Assembly: GCA_038077975.1 (NCBI GenBank) | Contig: JBBUGM010000013.1 | Span: 1-42,833, forward strand | Direction: 5' to 3' | DNA from: Patescibacteria group bacterium | GTDB lineage: Bacteria; Patescibacteriota; Minisyncoccia; UBA6257; 2-01-FULL-56-20 | Length of the DNA stretch: 42,833 nucleotides | Part shown: positions 1 through 9,041 of the stretch, piece by piece | How the letters are laid out: each line of letters begins with the position of its first letter | How positions within the stretch are numbered: position 1 is the first letter of the stretch | Position numbers and translations under genes: made by a program | The notes under the pieces: model-generated | The model's input: the letters and a program-made list of their open reading frames with translations, nothing else | The model's database searches: none | What the model was told of the DNA's origin: nothing

Positions 1-1103
1 TCGAACGCGGCGAGGGCGCGTTCCAAATGCTCCACTACTGGCTGTTCTTCTCCTTCCTCGTCGTGCTTTTCAAAACCAAAGAAGATTGGCGACGGCTTTT
101 TTGGGCCGCGGCAGCCGCCGCGGTTCTGATGATCTTTTACGGCGTTGTTGCCGACCTTGGTCTTGGCCATAGCTTTATCAGTCAATATGTCGGAGGGGCG
201 CCAGAGACCATTTGGGGGAAATTGACTATTGGCCGTTTTCAGGGATCGCTTGGCAATCCTGCCTACACGGCCCCCTATCTTCTTTTCGCGATGTTCTATC
301 TCGTTTCTCTTTGGCTCGGCGACGAGCAAAGGTATAAAGCCAGAAAGCTGATCTATCTCATTCCGCTTGTTCTTTTCTCTTTCTTTTTCTTGAATAGCCA
401 GACAAGGACGACTCTTTTGGGATTTGGATTCGGCGCTATCGTATTTCTCGTGTATTTGATCTTCTCCTTGCCGCGGCTACGTTTGTGGCTCGGTTCGCTG
501 CTTCTTGCGGCGATTATTTTGGGCGGCATGGGTTTTTATTTTCAGCAGTCAGCTTTCGTGAAAAGTTTGCCGGGCGCGAGAGTGTTCGATATTTCTCCAG
601 AGACGAGTTCTCTCAACACTCGTTTCTGGACATGGGGTTCGGCTTGGCGCGGATTTTTGGACAGGCCGATCTTCGGCTGGGGACCGGAAAATTTCAGCGC
701 GGTTTTCGACAAATATTTTGATCCGAGGCACTTTGTTCCGGGGCTGAACACGGAAACATGGTTTGACCGCGCCCACAGCGCCTATCTCGACTATCTTGCC
801 GAAACAGGTATTTTGGGTCTCGGTGCTTACCTCGGAATCTTCGCCGTTTTTTTCATGCTTTTCTTCAAGAGAAGCAAGAATGATTGGAGCGAGGCCCCGG
901 CCGCGAAGAAAGAAATTTCTTTCTTCAAGAGCCGCGAATTTTTGGGGAGCATCGAAAGGGGATTGATGTTAGCTCTCGTTGCCGCCTACATGGTGCAGAA
1001 CATCGCCATCTTCGAAGTTTTGCCGATGTACATAAATTTATTCTTCTTCCTGGGTTTTGCTTTCTATTACTTTTATCGCGCTCCGCTAAACCCTAAACCC
1101 TAA
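1..1103 (+). CDS. O-antigen ligase/polymerase family (Wzy_C) membrane protein, 5'-truncated by the window edge
   Basis: Frame is open from position 3 (ERGEGAFQM). Many TM segments and the motifs RFQGSLGNP, RPIFGWGPENF and FDRAHSAYLDYLAETGILG are typical of Wzy_C. Confidence 0.88.
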   Translation, partial: ERGEGAFQMLHYWLFFSFLVVLFKTKEDWRRLFWAAAAAAVLMIFYGVVADLGLGHSFISQYVGGAPETIWGKLTIGRFQGSLGNPAYTAPYLLFAMFYLVSLWLGDEQRYKARKLIYLIPLVLFSFFFLNSQTRTTLLGFGFGAIVFLVYLIFSLPRLRLWLGSLLLAAIILGGMGFYFQQSAFVKSLPGARVFDISPETSSLNTRFWTWGSAWRGFLDRPIFGWGPENFSAVFDKYFDPRHFVPGLNTETWFDRAHSAYLDYLAETGILGLGAYLGIFAVFFMLFFKRSKNDWSEAPAAKKEISFFKSREFLGSIERGLMLALVAAYMVQNIAIFEVLPMYINLFFFLGFAFYYFYRAPLNPKP

Positions 1104-1107
1104 ACCC
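1087..1107 (+). repeat. Heptamer tandem repeat (TAAACCC)x3 overlapping the ligase stop codon
   Basis: Read directly: c-TAAACCC-TAAACCC-TAAACCC-t-ATG. Confidence 0.9.
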
Positions 1108-1108
1108 T

Positions 1109-1750
1109 ATGCAGAGCTCATCCCTCCAAAAAGTTATATTCCTTGTTATTGCCGTCCTTGCCGCATGGCTTATTTACTACGGCAGTTATTTGCCCATGCG
1201 CAAGTCGCAGGTGTTCATTGATGCCATGCGTTCCGCGCGCGCGGAAGCATCGTCTTTTCAAGACCTTGCGGCGCGGCTTTCGGTTCCGCTTGATGCTCCA
1301 TCGCCCGTTGGCCAGGAAGAGCTCGTGCGCAATACCGCGAACATCATGCTCAATCTTGTAAGTTCGAATAGCGACCCGGCGCTGATCGCGGCAGTTATGG
1401 CATTTATCGAAGAACGCTACGAACCGATCATTACCCGCGAGACGGGAACCAGCTTCGGCCAGAACGTGTATATTATGGGCGCGATAAACGAAGTCGCCTT
1501 CATCAAAACGCAAGACACTAAGTATTATGAGCGCTCGAAATTTTATTTCGAAAAAGCTCTGGAGCTCGGGCCAAAACGTCCACAGCCGCTTTACGGACTT
1601 TTCGACGTTTACCGCATTGGTGGCGATGTGGAAAACGCGAAGCGGATCGCCAGCCAAATTTTGAGCCAGTGGCCGGATGACGCAAAAGTTCAGGCAGGGC
1701 TTGCGGAATTTCTCCAAAAAGTAGATGAGTTCCAGCAGAGCAAGCAGTAG
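1109..1750 (+). CDS. Membrane-anchored TPR-like protein, probably the detached C-terminal part of the ligase
   Basis: N-terminal TM helix; TPR-like helices (YFEKALELGPKRPQPLYGL...AKRIASQILSQWPDD). Confidence 0.7.
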   Translation: MQSSSLQKVIFLVIAVLAAWLIYYGSYLPMRKSQVFIDAMRSARAEASSFQDLAARLSVPLDAPSPVGQEELVRNTANIMLNLVSSNSDPALIAAVMAFIEERYEPIITRETGTSFGQNVYIMGAINEVAFIKTQDTKYYERSKFYFEKALELGPKRPQPLYGLFDVYRIGGDVENAKRIASQILSQWPDDAKVQAGLAEFLQKVDEFQQSKQ

Positions 1751-2234
1751 TGTAATGCCAATATACGAATGCATTCTAATGCTGCTAATAGTGCGAATAA
1801 GAAAAGCGAACTGATTTATCCGGAGCTATCATATGTTATTACCGGTATTTGTTTTAATGTTCATAATGCGCACGGTCGTTACGCGAGAGAAAAGCAATAT
1901 TGCGATTCCATCGAAGAAAGGTTGAAAGAAATTGGCCTATCCTATCGCCGAGAATTTCGTATAGGAGATACCGGAAATTTTGTTGATTTTCTAATCGATG
2001 ACAAAATCATTTTAGAAGCTAAGGCAAAGCGGATAATTACGAAAGAGGATTATTTTCAATTGCAAAGATATCTTCAAGCTTCTCGCGTCAAACTTGGTTT
2101 ACTGGTAAATTTTAGAAGCATGTATATCAAACCCCTAAGGGTTTTAAGAGTAGATAATCCACCGCCAAATAAACTTTTGGATCATTAGCACTATTAGTTG
2201 CATTCGCACGAATTAGTTGATTAGCATTACGCTA
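1748..2234. mobile_element. Putative small element: GxxExxY gene bounded by 51-bp imperfect inverted repeats (1748-1798 / 2184-2234)
   Basis: Ungapped manual alignment of the left arm with the reverse complement of the right arm gives 39/51 identities. Five CnAAT cores have mirrored spacing. Confidence 0.6.
1769..2188 (+). CDS. GxxExxY family protein (PD-(D/E)XK nuclease-like)
   Basis: ELSYVITGICFNVHNAHGRYAREKQY, VDFLIDDKIILEAKA, QLQRYL, GLLVNF; ~130 aa. Confidence 0.88.
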   Translation: MHSNAANSANKKSELIYPELSYVITGICFNVHNAHGRYAREKQYCDSIEERLKEIGLSYRREFRIGDTGNFVDFLIDDKIILEAKAKRIITKEDYFQLQRYLQASRVKLGLLVNFRSMYIKPLRVLRVDNPPPNKLLDH

Positions 2235-2241
2235 ATAATCC

Positions 2242-2271
2242 TTGACTTTTTCGCCCAAACTTTGCTATAAC
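2242..2271 (+). promoter_or_regulatory. Sigma70-like promoter, leaderless gmd
   Basis: TTGACT-18-(TG.)TATAAC, then 7 nt to ATG 2279. Confidence 0.65.
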
Positions 2272-2278
2272 ACAATCA

Positions 2279-3298
2279 ATGAGAAAGGCACTTCTAACGG
2301 GAGTAACGGGCCAAGACGGCTCATATTTGGCCGAGTTTTTACTCGACAAAGGATACGAGGTTCACGGCGTCATGCGCCGCGCCTCCACTTTTAATACCGC
2401 CCGCGTCGAGCACATCTACCAAGATCCTCACGAAGTGGCGAGGCGGTTTCATTTGCACTACGGCGATTTGGCCGATGCAAACACGGTAAGAAAATTGGTT
2501 TACAAGATCCAGCCGGACGAGATCTATAACCTCGGAGCTCAATCGCACGTCCGTGTTTCTTTTGACATTCCGGAATACACCGCGAACATTACCGGCTTGG
2601 GTACTTTGCGGATGCTCGAAGCGGTGAAGGATTACGAAGAGCACACAGGCAAAAAAGTAAAATTTTATCAGGCATCGAGCTCGGAAATGTTCGGCGCTGC
2701 TCCGCCTCTGCAAAACGAAGAAACCAAGTTCCATCCGCGCAGTCCCTACGGTGTTGCCAAGGTTTTTGCCTATAACACGGTGCGAAACTATCGTGAGGCC
2801 TACGGTATATTCGCCGTGAACGGCGTGCTTTTTAATCACGAAAGTCCGCGGCGCGGAGAAACTTTCTTAACGAAAAAAGTGACGCGCGGCATTGCGCGTA
2901 TTTTGGCGGGGTTGGACAAGAAGCTTTATCTTGGCAACCTCGATGCCCGCCGCGACTGGGGTTATGCGCCGGAATACGTCGAGGCGATGTGGAAGATGCT
3001 CCAGCAGCCCGCGCCAGATGATTATGTTATTGGCACAGGAGAATCCCACTCCGTAAGGGAATTTGTAGATAAAGCATTTCGCTTGGTCGGCCTCAACTTC
3101 AAGGACCACGTGGAAATTGACCCGAAATATTTCCGCCCGTCAGAAGTCGACAACTTGATCGCTGATCCCAAGAAAGCCAAAGAGAAACTCGGCTGGCATG
3201 CGAAAACTAATTTCGACGAAATCGTAAAGATAATGCTTGAGCACGATTTGAGGAAACACGGCCTTAACGAGCAGGCGGAGAAGGTACGACTAAGCTAG
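2279..3298 (+). CDS. gmd: GDP-mannose 4,6-dehydratase
   Basis: [60 protein letters not shown]. Confidence 0.97.
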   Translation: MRKALLTGVTGQDGSYLAEFLLDKGYEVHGVMRRASTFNTARVEHIYQDPHEVARRFHLHYGDLADANTVRKLVYKIQPDEIYNLGAQSHVRVSFDIPEYTANITGLGTLRMLEAVKDYEEHTGKKVKFYQASSSEMFGAAPPLQNEETKFHPRSPYGVAKVFAYNTVRNYREAYGIFAVNGVLFNHESPRRGETFLTKKVTRGIARILAGLDKKLYLGNLDARRDWGYAPEYVEAMWKMLQQPAPDDYVIGTGESHSVREFVDKAFRLVGLNFKDHVEIDPKYFRPSEVDNLIADPKKAKEKLGWHAKTNFDEIVKIMLEHDLRKHGLNEQAEKVRLS

Positions 3299-3323
3299 AA
3301 AGTAGAAAATAGAAAGTAGAACG
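3296..3323 (+). repeat. Heptamer tandem repeat TAGAAAG/TAGAAAA/TAGAAAG/TAGAACG starting at the gmd stop
   Basis: Read directly; TAG occurs in all three frames. Confidence 0.85.
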
Positions 3324-3347
3324 GCCGCGTCGGATGACGCGGCTTTT
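3324..3347 (+). terminator. Intrinsic terminator
   Basis: GCCGCGTC-GGAT-GACGCGGC followed by TTTT. Confidence 0.7.
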
Positions 3348-3349
3348 CG

Positions 3350-3378
3350 TTGCCAACGGCGAAAAATCTGGATATAAT
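3350..3378 (+). promoter_or_regulatory. Sigma70-like promoter, leaderless fcl
   Basis: TTGCCA-17-TATAAT, then 8 nt to ATG 3387. Confidence 0.7.
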
Positions 3379-3386
3379 GGCCATAT

Positions 3387-4322
3387 ATGCAAAAGGAATC
3401 TAGTATTTACGTTGCTGGCCACCGCGGTCTTGTTGGCTCGGCGATTTTGCGGAAACTACAGGCAGACGGCTATAAGAATTTGATAACGCGCACGCGTGAA
3501 GAGCTTGATCTTTTAGATGCTCGTGCCGTTGCCGATTTCTTCAAAAAAGAAAAACCCGAATACGTTTTTGACGCCGCCGCCAAGGTCGGCGGCATTTTGG
3601 CGAACGACACATATCCCGCGGATTTCATTTATCAAAATTTGACCATCCAAAACAATATCATCCACAACTCTTATCTTGCCAAAGTAAAAAGATTGATGTT
3701 TTTAGGGAGCGTTTGCGTTTATCCGCGGCTTTCGCCCCAGCCCGTTAAGGAAGAATATCTTTTAACGGGGGAACTGGAGCCGACAAACAAGGCATACGCC
3801 ATCGCGAAGATAGCCGGAATAATTATGTGCGAATCGTACAATCGCCAGCATGGCACCGATTTCGTTTCGGTGATGCCCACCAATCTTTACGGCTTAAACG
3901 ATAATTTTGACCTACAGAACTCCCACGTTATCCCGGCCCTACTCCGCAAATTTCACGAAGCGAAAGAGGCGCAGAGCGACAAAGTGACGCTTTGGGGCAC
4001 CGGTTCGGCGCTGCGCGAATTTCTTTACTCGGATGATCTGGCCGACTCCTGCGTTTTTATCATGAACCAGAAAAGCGTCCCCGGACTTCTGAACATCGGC
4101 ACGGGAATCAATATTTCGATAAAGGACCTGGCGGAACTCGTGAAAAAAACGGTTGGTTTCGCCGGCCGAATAGAATGGGATTCTTCCAAGCCCGACGGCA
4201 TGCCGAGAAGAGTTTTAGATATGGCCCGCCTTCATGCCCTTGGCTGGCACCACAAGGTTGAACTTAAGGACGGATTGCGTATGGCATATGAGCAATTTCT
4301 CGCCGGCCGCAAGCAAACTTAA
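3387..4322 (+). CDS. fcl: GDP-L-fucose synthase (epimerase/reductase)
   Basis: [58 protein letters not shown]. Confidence 0.93.
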   Translation: MQKESSIYVAGHRGLVGSAILRKLQADGYKNLITRTREELDLLDARAVADFFKKEKPEYVFDAAAKVGGILANDTYPADFIYQNLTIQNNIIHNSYLAKVKRLMFLGSVCVYPRLSPQPVKEEYLLTGELEPTNKAYAIAKIAGIIMCESYNRQHGTDFVSVMPTNLYGLNDNFDLQNSHVIPALLRKFHEAKEAQSDKVTLWGTGSALREFLYSDDLADSCVFIMNQKSVPGLLNIGTGINISIKDLAELVKKTVGFAGRIEWDSSKPDGMPRRVLDMARLHALGWHHKVELKDGLRMAYEQFLAGRKQT

Positions 4323-4331
4323 TACTTCCAC

Positions 4332-5417
4332 ATGAAAGTTTCCGTTGAGGGAAAAAAAATCGTTGTTTATGACATTATCGGTCCTTATGCCCGCGAGAAC
4401 GCAGTGTTTGACAAGAATATCATAAAAGAAAATTGGTATCACTATTCGTCCCTCTATTTTTACAAAAAATGCCTTGAGAAGGGAATCCAATTCGTCACGC
4501 CCGACGCTTATTTCGCGCTGCCCGAACCGAGGCCTCAGGCGATATGTGTGCGCGAACGCGATGATACGGATATGACCGTGTCGCTTGCACTACGAAAATC
4601 TGGCGTGAAGCTTGCTGTTATAAGAAGCTCCGAGAATCCGCTTTATGCCTGCCGTTTTTATTGGAATCTTCCGCGGCTTACGAGCCACTTCGACCATTCG
4701 ATTGTGATGCGGGGCGTGAAGGCCTGGGTCGCACCCGCGAGCAAATTCCAGCCGCAGTACACTCCCCACCCATACTATGCGCGCATCCGCGCAGTCAGTG
4801 CGGATTTTCATAAGAACAAATTTATTACTCTCATTCAGGGCAATATCCGCACGCACTGGATGCGTCGCTTATATGTGGATGTAATGAATTTTGTGCGTCC
4901 GATGCCGAATTTCGTTAATCGTGAAGGCTATCGCGACCGAATGGAGGCGATAAAATATTTTTCCCAGTATCCCGATTTCGATCTCTACGGTCGCAAGTGG
5001 GACAGGCCGGTTCGCTACACGCACAAGTATGACGAGGCGATAAAAAAATCTTGGCGCGGCGCGCCCGACGACAAATTCGCCATTCTTCAGCAGTATAAAT
5101 TTTCGCTTGTGTTCGAGAACTCGTACCTGGGCGGATACGTGCAATATATAAACGACTCTCTCTATGCCGGTTCTGTGCCGATTTATTGGGGAGCCCCGGA
5201 TATCGCCGAGATGTATCCGGAAAATTGTTTTATTGACTTCCGTAAATTCGGTTGCGATTTCGCGCGTCTCAATGATTACCTCCGCAACATGGACGAGAGC
5301 GAATACAACGAGTATATTAAGAATATTAACGCGTGGATTTCTTCTCCTGCGGCTTATGAGAGAAGTCAGGAGAAATATGTAAGCGACATGATAAAACTTT
5401 TCGAATCATATTTTTAA
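4332..5417 (+). CDS. GT10 (alpha-1,3/4-fucosyltransferase-like) glycosyltransferase
   Basis: FDLYGRKW and QYKFSLVFENSYLGGY...AGSVPIYWG, the GT10 motif (with an atypical EK position); follows gmd-fcl. Confidence 0.8.
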   Translation: MKVSVEGKKIVVYDIIGPYARENAVFDKNIIKENWYHYSSLYFYKKCLEKGIQFVTPDAYFALPEPRPQAICVRERDDTDMTVSLALRKSGVKLAVIRSSENPLYACRFYWNLPRLTSHFDHSIVMRGVKAWVAPASKFQPQYTPHPYYARIRAVSADFHKNKFITLIQGNIRTHWMRRLYVDVMNFVRPMPNFVNREGYRDRMEAIKYFSQYPDFDLYGRKWDRPVRYTHKYDEAIKKSWRGAPDDKFAILQQYKFSLVFENSYLGGYVQYINDSLYAGSVPIYWGAPDIAEMYPENCFIDFRKFGCDFARLNDYLRNMDESEYNEYIKNINAWISSPAAYERSQEKYVSDMIKLFESYF

Positions 5418-5423
5418 AATGGA

Positions 5424-5538
5424 TCCCGTTAGAAGCCGCGGTCGCGCTGCGATAAAAATGATAATAGTTTATGGAAAAATCTTATAAAATAATTAATTCT
5501 ATGCAGGGCGGGATGACCGCGACCTGCTTCTAACGGGA
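5424..5538. mobile_element. MITE-like hairpin element, copy 1
   Basis: Terminal IR TCCCGTTAGAAGC...GCTTCTAACGGGA. Left 22 bp and right 26 bp are identical to the copy at 12817. Flanked by duplicated ATGGA. Confidence 0.8.
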
Positions 5539-6050
5539 TGGAATTCATAAAAACAAAACTTGACGGAGTACTTCTTATCAAGCCAGATACGCAAGAGGAC
5601 TGCCGCGGCAGTTATACAGAAACCTATAACGAAACTCTTTATAAAAAGAACGGCGTTGCGGTTGATTTTGTTGCAGATGACTGTTCCGTTTCTTCTAAGC
5701 ACGTCCTTCGTGGCTTGCATGGCGATGATAAAACTTGGAAATTAATAGATTGTCGGTATGGAAAATTGTATTTTGTCGTGTTGAATGTCGATGAAAGATC
5801 TTCGCAGTACGGGCAGTGGGAATCGTTCACTCTTTCCGATTCGAACCGTTGGCAGGTGCTTGTGCCGCCGAAATTCGCGAATGGCCACCTCGCGCTTACA
5901 GACAAGACCGTTTTTAATTACAAACAATCCGAATATTACGATCCGAAAGGGCAGTTCACGATCCGCTACGACGACCCGAGGTTCAGAATTTGGTGGCCCG
6001 TAAAAATTCCGATCCTTTCACGTCGCGATGAGGAAGGGCATTATGCCTAG
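5538..6050 (+). CDS. RmlC-family 3,5-epimerase (Cj1430/MlghB/DdahB-like), copy 1
   Basis: VLRGLHGDDKTWKL, VPPKFANGH, QFTIRYDDP, PILSRRD. Confidence 0.85.
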   Translation: MEFIKTKLDGVLLIKPDTQEDCRGSYTETYNETLYKKNGVAVDFVADDCSVSSKHVLRGLHGDDKTWKLIDCRYGKLYFVVLNVDERSSQYGQWESFTLSDSNRWQVLVPPKFANGHLALTDKTVFNYKQSEYYDPKGQFTIRYDDPRFRIWWPVKIPILSRRDEEGHYA

Positions 6051-6082
6051 ACGAACCTTCTTTTCGCGCATATAATATCCGC

Positions 6083-6601
6083 ATGGAGATAGTAAAAACA
6101 AAAATGGACGGCGTTCTCCTTATCAAGCCCGACATGGCCGAGGATTTTCGGGGGGGCCGCACCGAGATCTATAACAAGGCCGATCTCGCGAAGCACGGCG
6201 TTGATGTGGACTTCGTCACGGACGACTGGGCATTCACCTCGAAGCATGTTCTCCGCGGCATTCACGGTGACGATAGAACATGGAAGGTCATGTCCTGTTT
6301 CTACGGCAGGAATTATTCGGTGATCGTAAATTGCGACGAGAAGTCGAAGAATTTCGGGCAATGGGACGCGTTCGTTCTTTCGGACACGAACCGCTGGGCG
6401 GTCGTTGTGCCACCGAAGTACGGCGACATCAATATGGCCCTTAGCGAGAAGACAGTTATCTACTACAAGCAATCCACATATTACAACGCGGACCCGAAGG
6501 GCCAGTTCACCTATAAATGGGACGACCCGCGGTTCAAGATCTGGTTGCCGGTGAAGAACCCCATCCTCTCGCGTCGCGATGAGGAGGGGCACTACGTATA
6601 G
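6083..6601 (+). CDS. RmlC-family 3,5-epimerase (Cj1430/MlghB/DdahB-like), tandem copy 2
   Basis: VLRGIHGDDRTWK, YYKQ, QFTYKWDD, PILSRRD. Clear paralog of 5538, with its own TAGACG-17-TATAAT promoter. Confidence 0.85.
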   Translation: MEIVKTKMDGVLLIKPDMAEDFRGGRTEIYNKADLAKHGVDVDFVTDDWAFTSKHVLRGIHGDDRTWKVMSCFYGRNYSVIVNCDEKSKNFGQWDAFVLSDTNRWAVVVPPKYGDINMALSEKTVIYYKQSTYYNADPKGQFTYKWDDPRFKIWLPVKNPILSRRDEEGHYV

Positions 6602-6656
6602 TTTTGAATAAAATTTTTGATTGACAGCGCAGAGAGTTTTAGTGTAGAAGATAAAT

Positions 6657-7595
6657 ATGGCAAAAGTGCTTGTTACAGGGGGGGCGGGGTATATCGGCTC
6701 GGTTTTGGTGCCGGAGCTTTTGCGCGCCGGGCATGAGGTGACGGTAATAGACAGTTTTCTGTTTAATCAGGTTTCGCTTCTTGACGTAGGCCATTTCAAA
6801 ACCCTAACCGTTGTCCGCGGAGACGTTTGGAATAAAGATTTGATCGCCCAGCACATCAAGGGCAAGGATTTCATCATTCCGCTCGCGGCTTTGGTTGGCG
6901 CCCCTATTTGCGCCCAGGATCCTGTTGCGGCGCGTAAGACGAATCTCGAAGCCATCGAACTCCTGCTTACTCTGCGCGACAAGTCACAGAAGATCATTTT
7001 CCCGAACACGAATAGCGGCTACGGCAGAATGCAGGAGGGCGTGGCGTTTTGCGATGAGACGAGTCCGCTCGAACCGGTTTCGTTCTACGGCCAGCTGAAG
7101 GTGGAAGCGGAGAAAAAATTGCTTGAAGCGGGAAACGCGATAGCCCTGCGCCTTGCGACCGTTTTCGGTATCAGCCCAAGAATGCGCCTCGACTTACTGG
7201 TGAACGATTTTGTTTATCGTGCGGTGAACGATGGCGCAGTCATTCTCTTCGAACCGCACTTCAAGAGAAATTATATTCATATTCGCGATGTCACGCGGGC
7301 TTTTATGCACGCGATGGAGAATTTCGAGAAAATGAAAAATAACGCATATAACGTCGGTCTTTCCGATGCCAACCTAAGCAAATCCGAGCTCTGCGCCGAG
7401 ATTAAAAAACAAGTTCCGAAGTTTGTATACGTCGAATCGAAGATAGGCGAAGACCCCGACAAACGCAACTACATCGTCTCGAACGCGAAGATAGAGGCAA
7501 CCGGTTGGAGGCCGCAAGTAACGCTTCAAGACGGCATCGCCGAGCTCATCAAAGGGTATCAGATCATCAAGCGAAACAATTTCTCGAACGCATGA
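6657..7595 (+). CDS. Extended SDR resembling Campylobacter Cj1427 (GDP-D-glycero-D-manno-heptose C4 dehydrogenase)
   Basis: GGAGYIGS, IIPLAALVGAP, PNTNSGYG, RLATVFGISPRMRLDLLVNDF, IGEDPDKRNY; recalled as characteristic of that subfamily. Confidence 0.8.
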   Translation: MAKVLVTGGAGYIGSVLVPELLRAGHEVTVIDSFLFNQVSLLDVGHFKTLTVVRGDVWNKDLIAQHIKGKDFIIPLAALVGAPICAQDPVAARKTNLEAIELLLTLRDKSQKIIFPNTNSGYGRMQEGVAFCDETSPLEPVSFYGQLKVEAEKKLLEAGNAIALRLATVFGISPRMRLDLLVNDFVYRAVNDGAVILFEPHFKRNYIHIRDVTRAFMHAMENFEKMKNNAYNVGLSDANLSKSELCAEIKKQVPKFVYVESKIGEDPDKRNYIVSNAKIEATGWRPQVTLQDGIAELIKGYQIIKRNNFSNA

Positions 7596-8023
7596 ACAGT
7601 GTCTCTTTGGTTATTCTCGTAATACTTATCGGAATTCCTTTTTGGGGAGGGTGGTCGGTTATTGCGGCGAAAAGCGATCTTAAAGATCCGATCGTGCGCG
7701 CGTTTCTTGTTAACGTTGTTACCGTTGTCGCGCTCCTACCGCTTGTTTGGAGCAGATTACAGAGCGGAACTCTAAATTCGAGAGGGTTTTGGATACTTCT
7801 TGCTGCAGGGGTGCTGAATTTCGGGGGACACATTCTTTTCCCGAAACTCCAAACGATGGCCGGAAGCCAGCTTTCTATCTATATGCCGATCATCATCGGA
7901 TTGAACGTTGCGACGTTTGCCTTGGGCGGAGTGCTTTTTTTAGGCGAGTCGATAACGATCGCGAAAGTTATTTTTACGGCATTAATCCTCGCCGGAACCG
8001 CCGGCCTGATTCTTAATTCGTAA
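7592..8023 (+). CDS. Small multi-pass membrane protein, DMT/EamA-like
   Basis: ATGA overlap with the upstream stop; about 5 hydrophobic helices; GVLFLGESITIAK motif. Confidence 0.7.
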   Translation: MNSVSLVILVILIGIPFWGGWSVIAAKSDLKDPIVRAFLVNVVTVVALLPLVWSRLQSGTLNSRGFWILLAAGVLNFGGHILFPKLQTMAGSQLSIYMPIIIGLNVATFALGGVLFLGESITIAKVIFTALILAGTAGLILNS

Positions 8024-8070
8024 TTATCTCTTGTCCCCTTGATGCGCGAGGGGGCGCTTGCTTTTTAAAG

Positions 8071-8098
8071 AAAAGCTGGTATACTGTAACCAGCTTTT
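8071..8098. promoter_or_regulatory. Perfect 10-bp inverted repeat enclosing a -10 box
   Basis: AAAAGCTGGT-ATACTGTA-ACCAGCTTTT, with TTGCTT-16-TATACT. Confidence 0.45.
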
Positions 8099-8117
8099 TG
8101 GTTTCAAGAGGTGTTCG

Positions 8118-8859
8118 TTGAAAAAAATCTGGGAAGTTTGCCCAATGCTTACTCTGATAACGTACCGGGCCTACGAGGGGATGGAGCTTAATCCTCATAA
8201 TTGGGACCACACATTTCGCGTCGCCCAGCACGGCATTAAACATCGCAGAGGATGACGCTACGGGACGGCTGGGCGGGGCTGCGGGCCTCTGCCATGGCGC
8301 CGACCGTATTCTCGAATATCGGCACAACGCTGGGCCTGCAACTTCCTCGGTAAGCAAAATACCATGGGAAGAAAGCCTTAAGCTTCTGAATGCATGGTTT
8401 GATGAAAGCGGTGAGTTCGGCGACGAAGAGCGGGCAAGGGTTATCGATGCAATCCGCCATCATTCCGGCCCGAATCGCGAGAACAGCGACCCCGTTCTTG
8501 TTCTTTTGCAAGACGCAGATCGCATTACCTGCTCGGATATCGCGGAGCTGATCTTGAACGGCCGATTCATGTCAACCCTGCCGGCCTATGATCCGATCCA
8601 CTTAATGGACGATCAGACGGCTCATCCGTTTAAGGATCCGAGATCGGCGTATCGGAACATGTACCTCCGGTTTGAATGGGCCGATCCAAACAACAAAAAT
8701 TTCGGCGTGCGCCTGCCCAAGGCGCAAGCGTTAATGAAGGAACGCGCCGATGCCTTGCGGGCCTTCGACAGTTTCATGAAACAGAACCGTGAGCAGGCCG
8801 GCATTTGGCCGTATCCCAAGGCATTTCTTGACTTCATCGAGACAACGAAGTCAGGGTGA
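8118..8859 (+). pseudogene. HD-domain protein with a +1 frameshift near 8238-8240
   Basis: PHNWDHTFRVAQH in one frame continues as NIAEDD...GLCHGAD...DAIRHHS...LQDADRI in the next. GAGGTG precedes TTG 8118. Confidence 0.75.
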
Positions 8860-8892
8860 AGCTTCATGTAATTTGGCGCAACAACATCGCAC

Positions 8893-8920
8893 GGCGGGAG
8901 AAATATTCTCCCGCCTTTTT
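8893..8920 (+). terminator. Intrinsic terminator
   Basis: GGCGGGAGAA-ATA-TTCTCCCGCC-TTTTT. Confidence 0.8.
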
Positions 8921-9041
8921 CTTTTTCCGGCAAGCGGGTAAAATTATTACATAAAACATTTATCACTATGCGGATATTTTTGACACCAATGAGGAAAGCG
9001 GCGTATGATACCCATAGTTTTACTGCGGGGTAACTTTAAAC

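Noticed and set aside
1087-1107. CCCTAAA repeat identical to the plant telomere unit
   Set aside because: Only three copies, embedded between bacterial ORFs. It fits the local period-7 repeat pattern, not a telomere or contamination.
5424-5538. GTTAGAA/TTCTAAC resembling integron attC R boxes
   Set aside because: The order is reversed relative to attC (RYYYAAC...GTTRRRY), there is no integrase, and the ATG duplications fit an insertion better.
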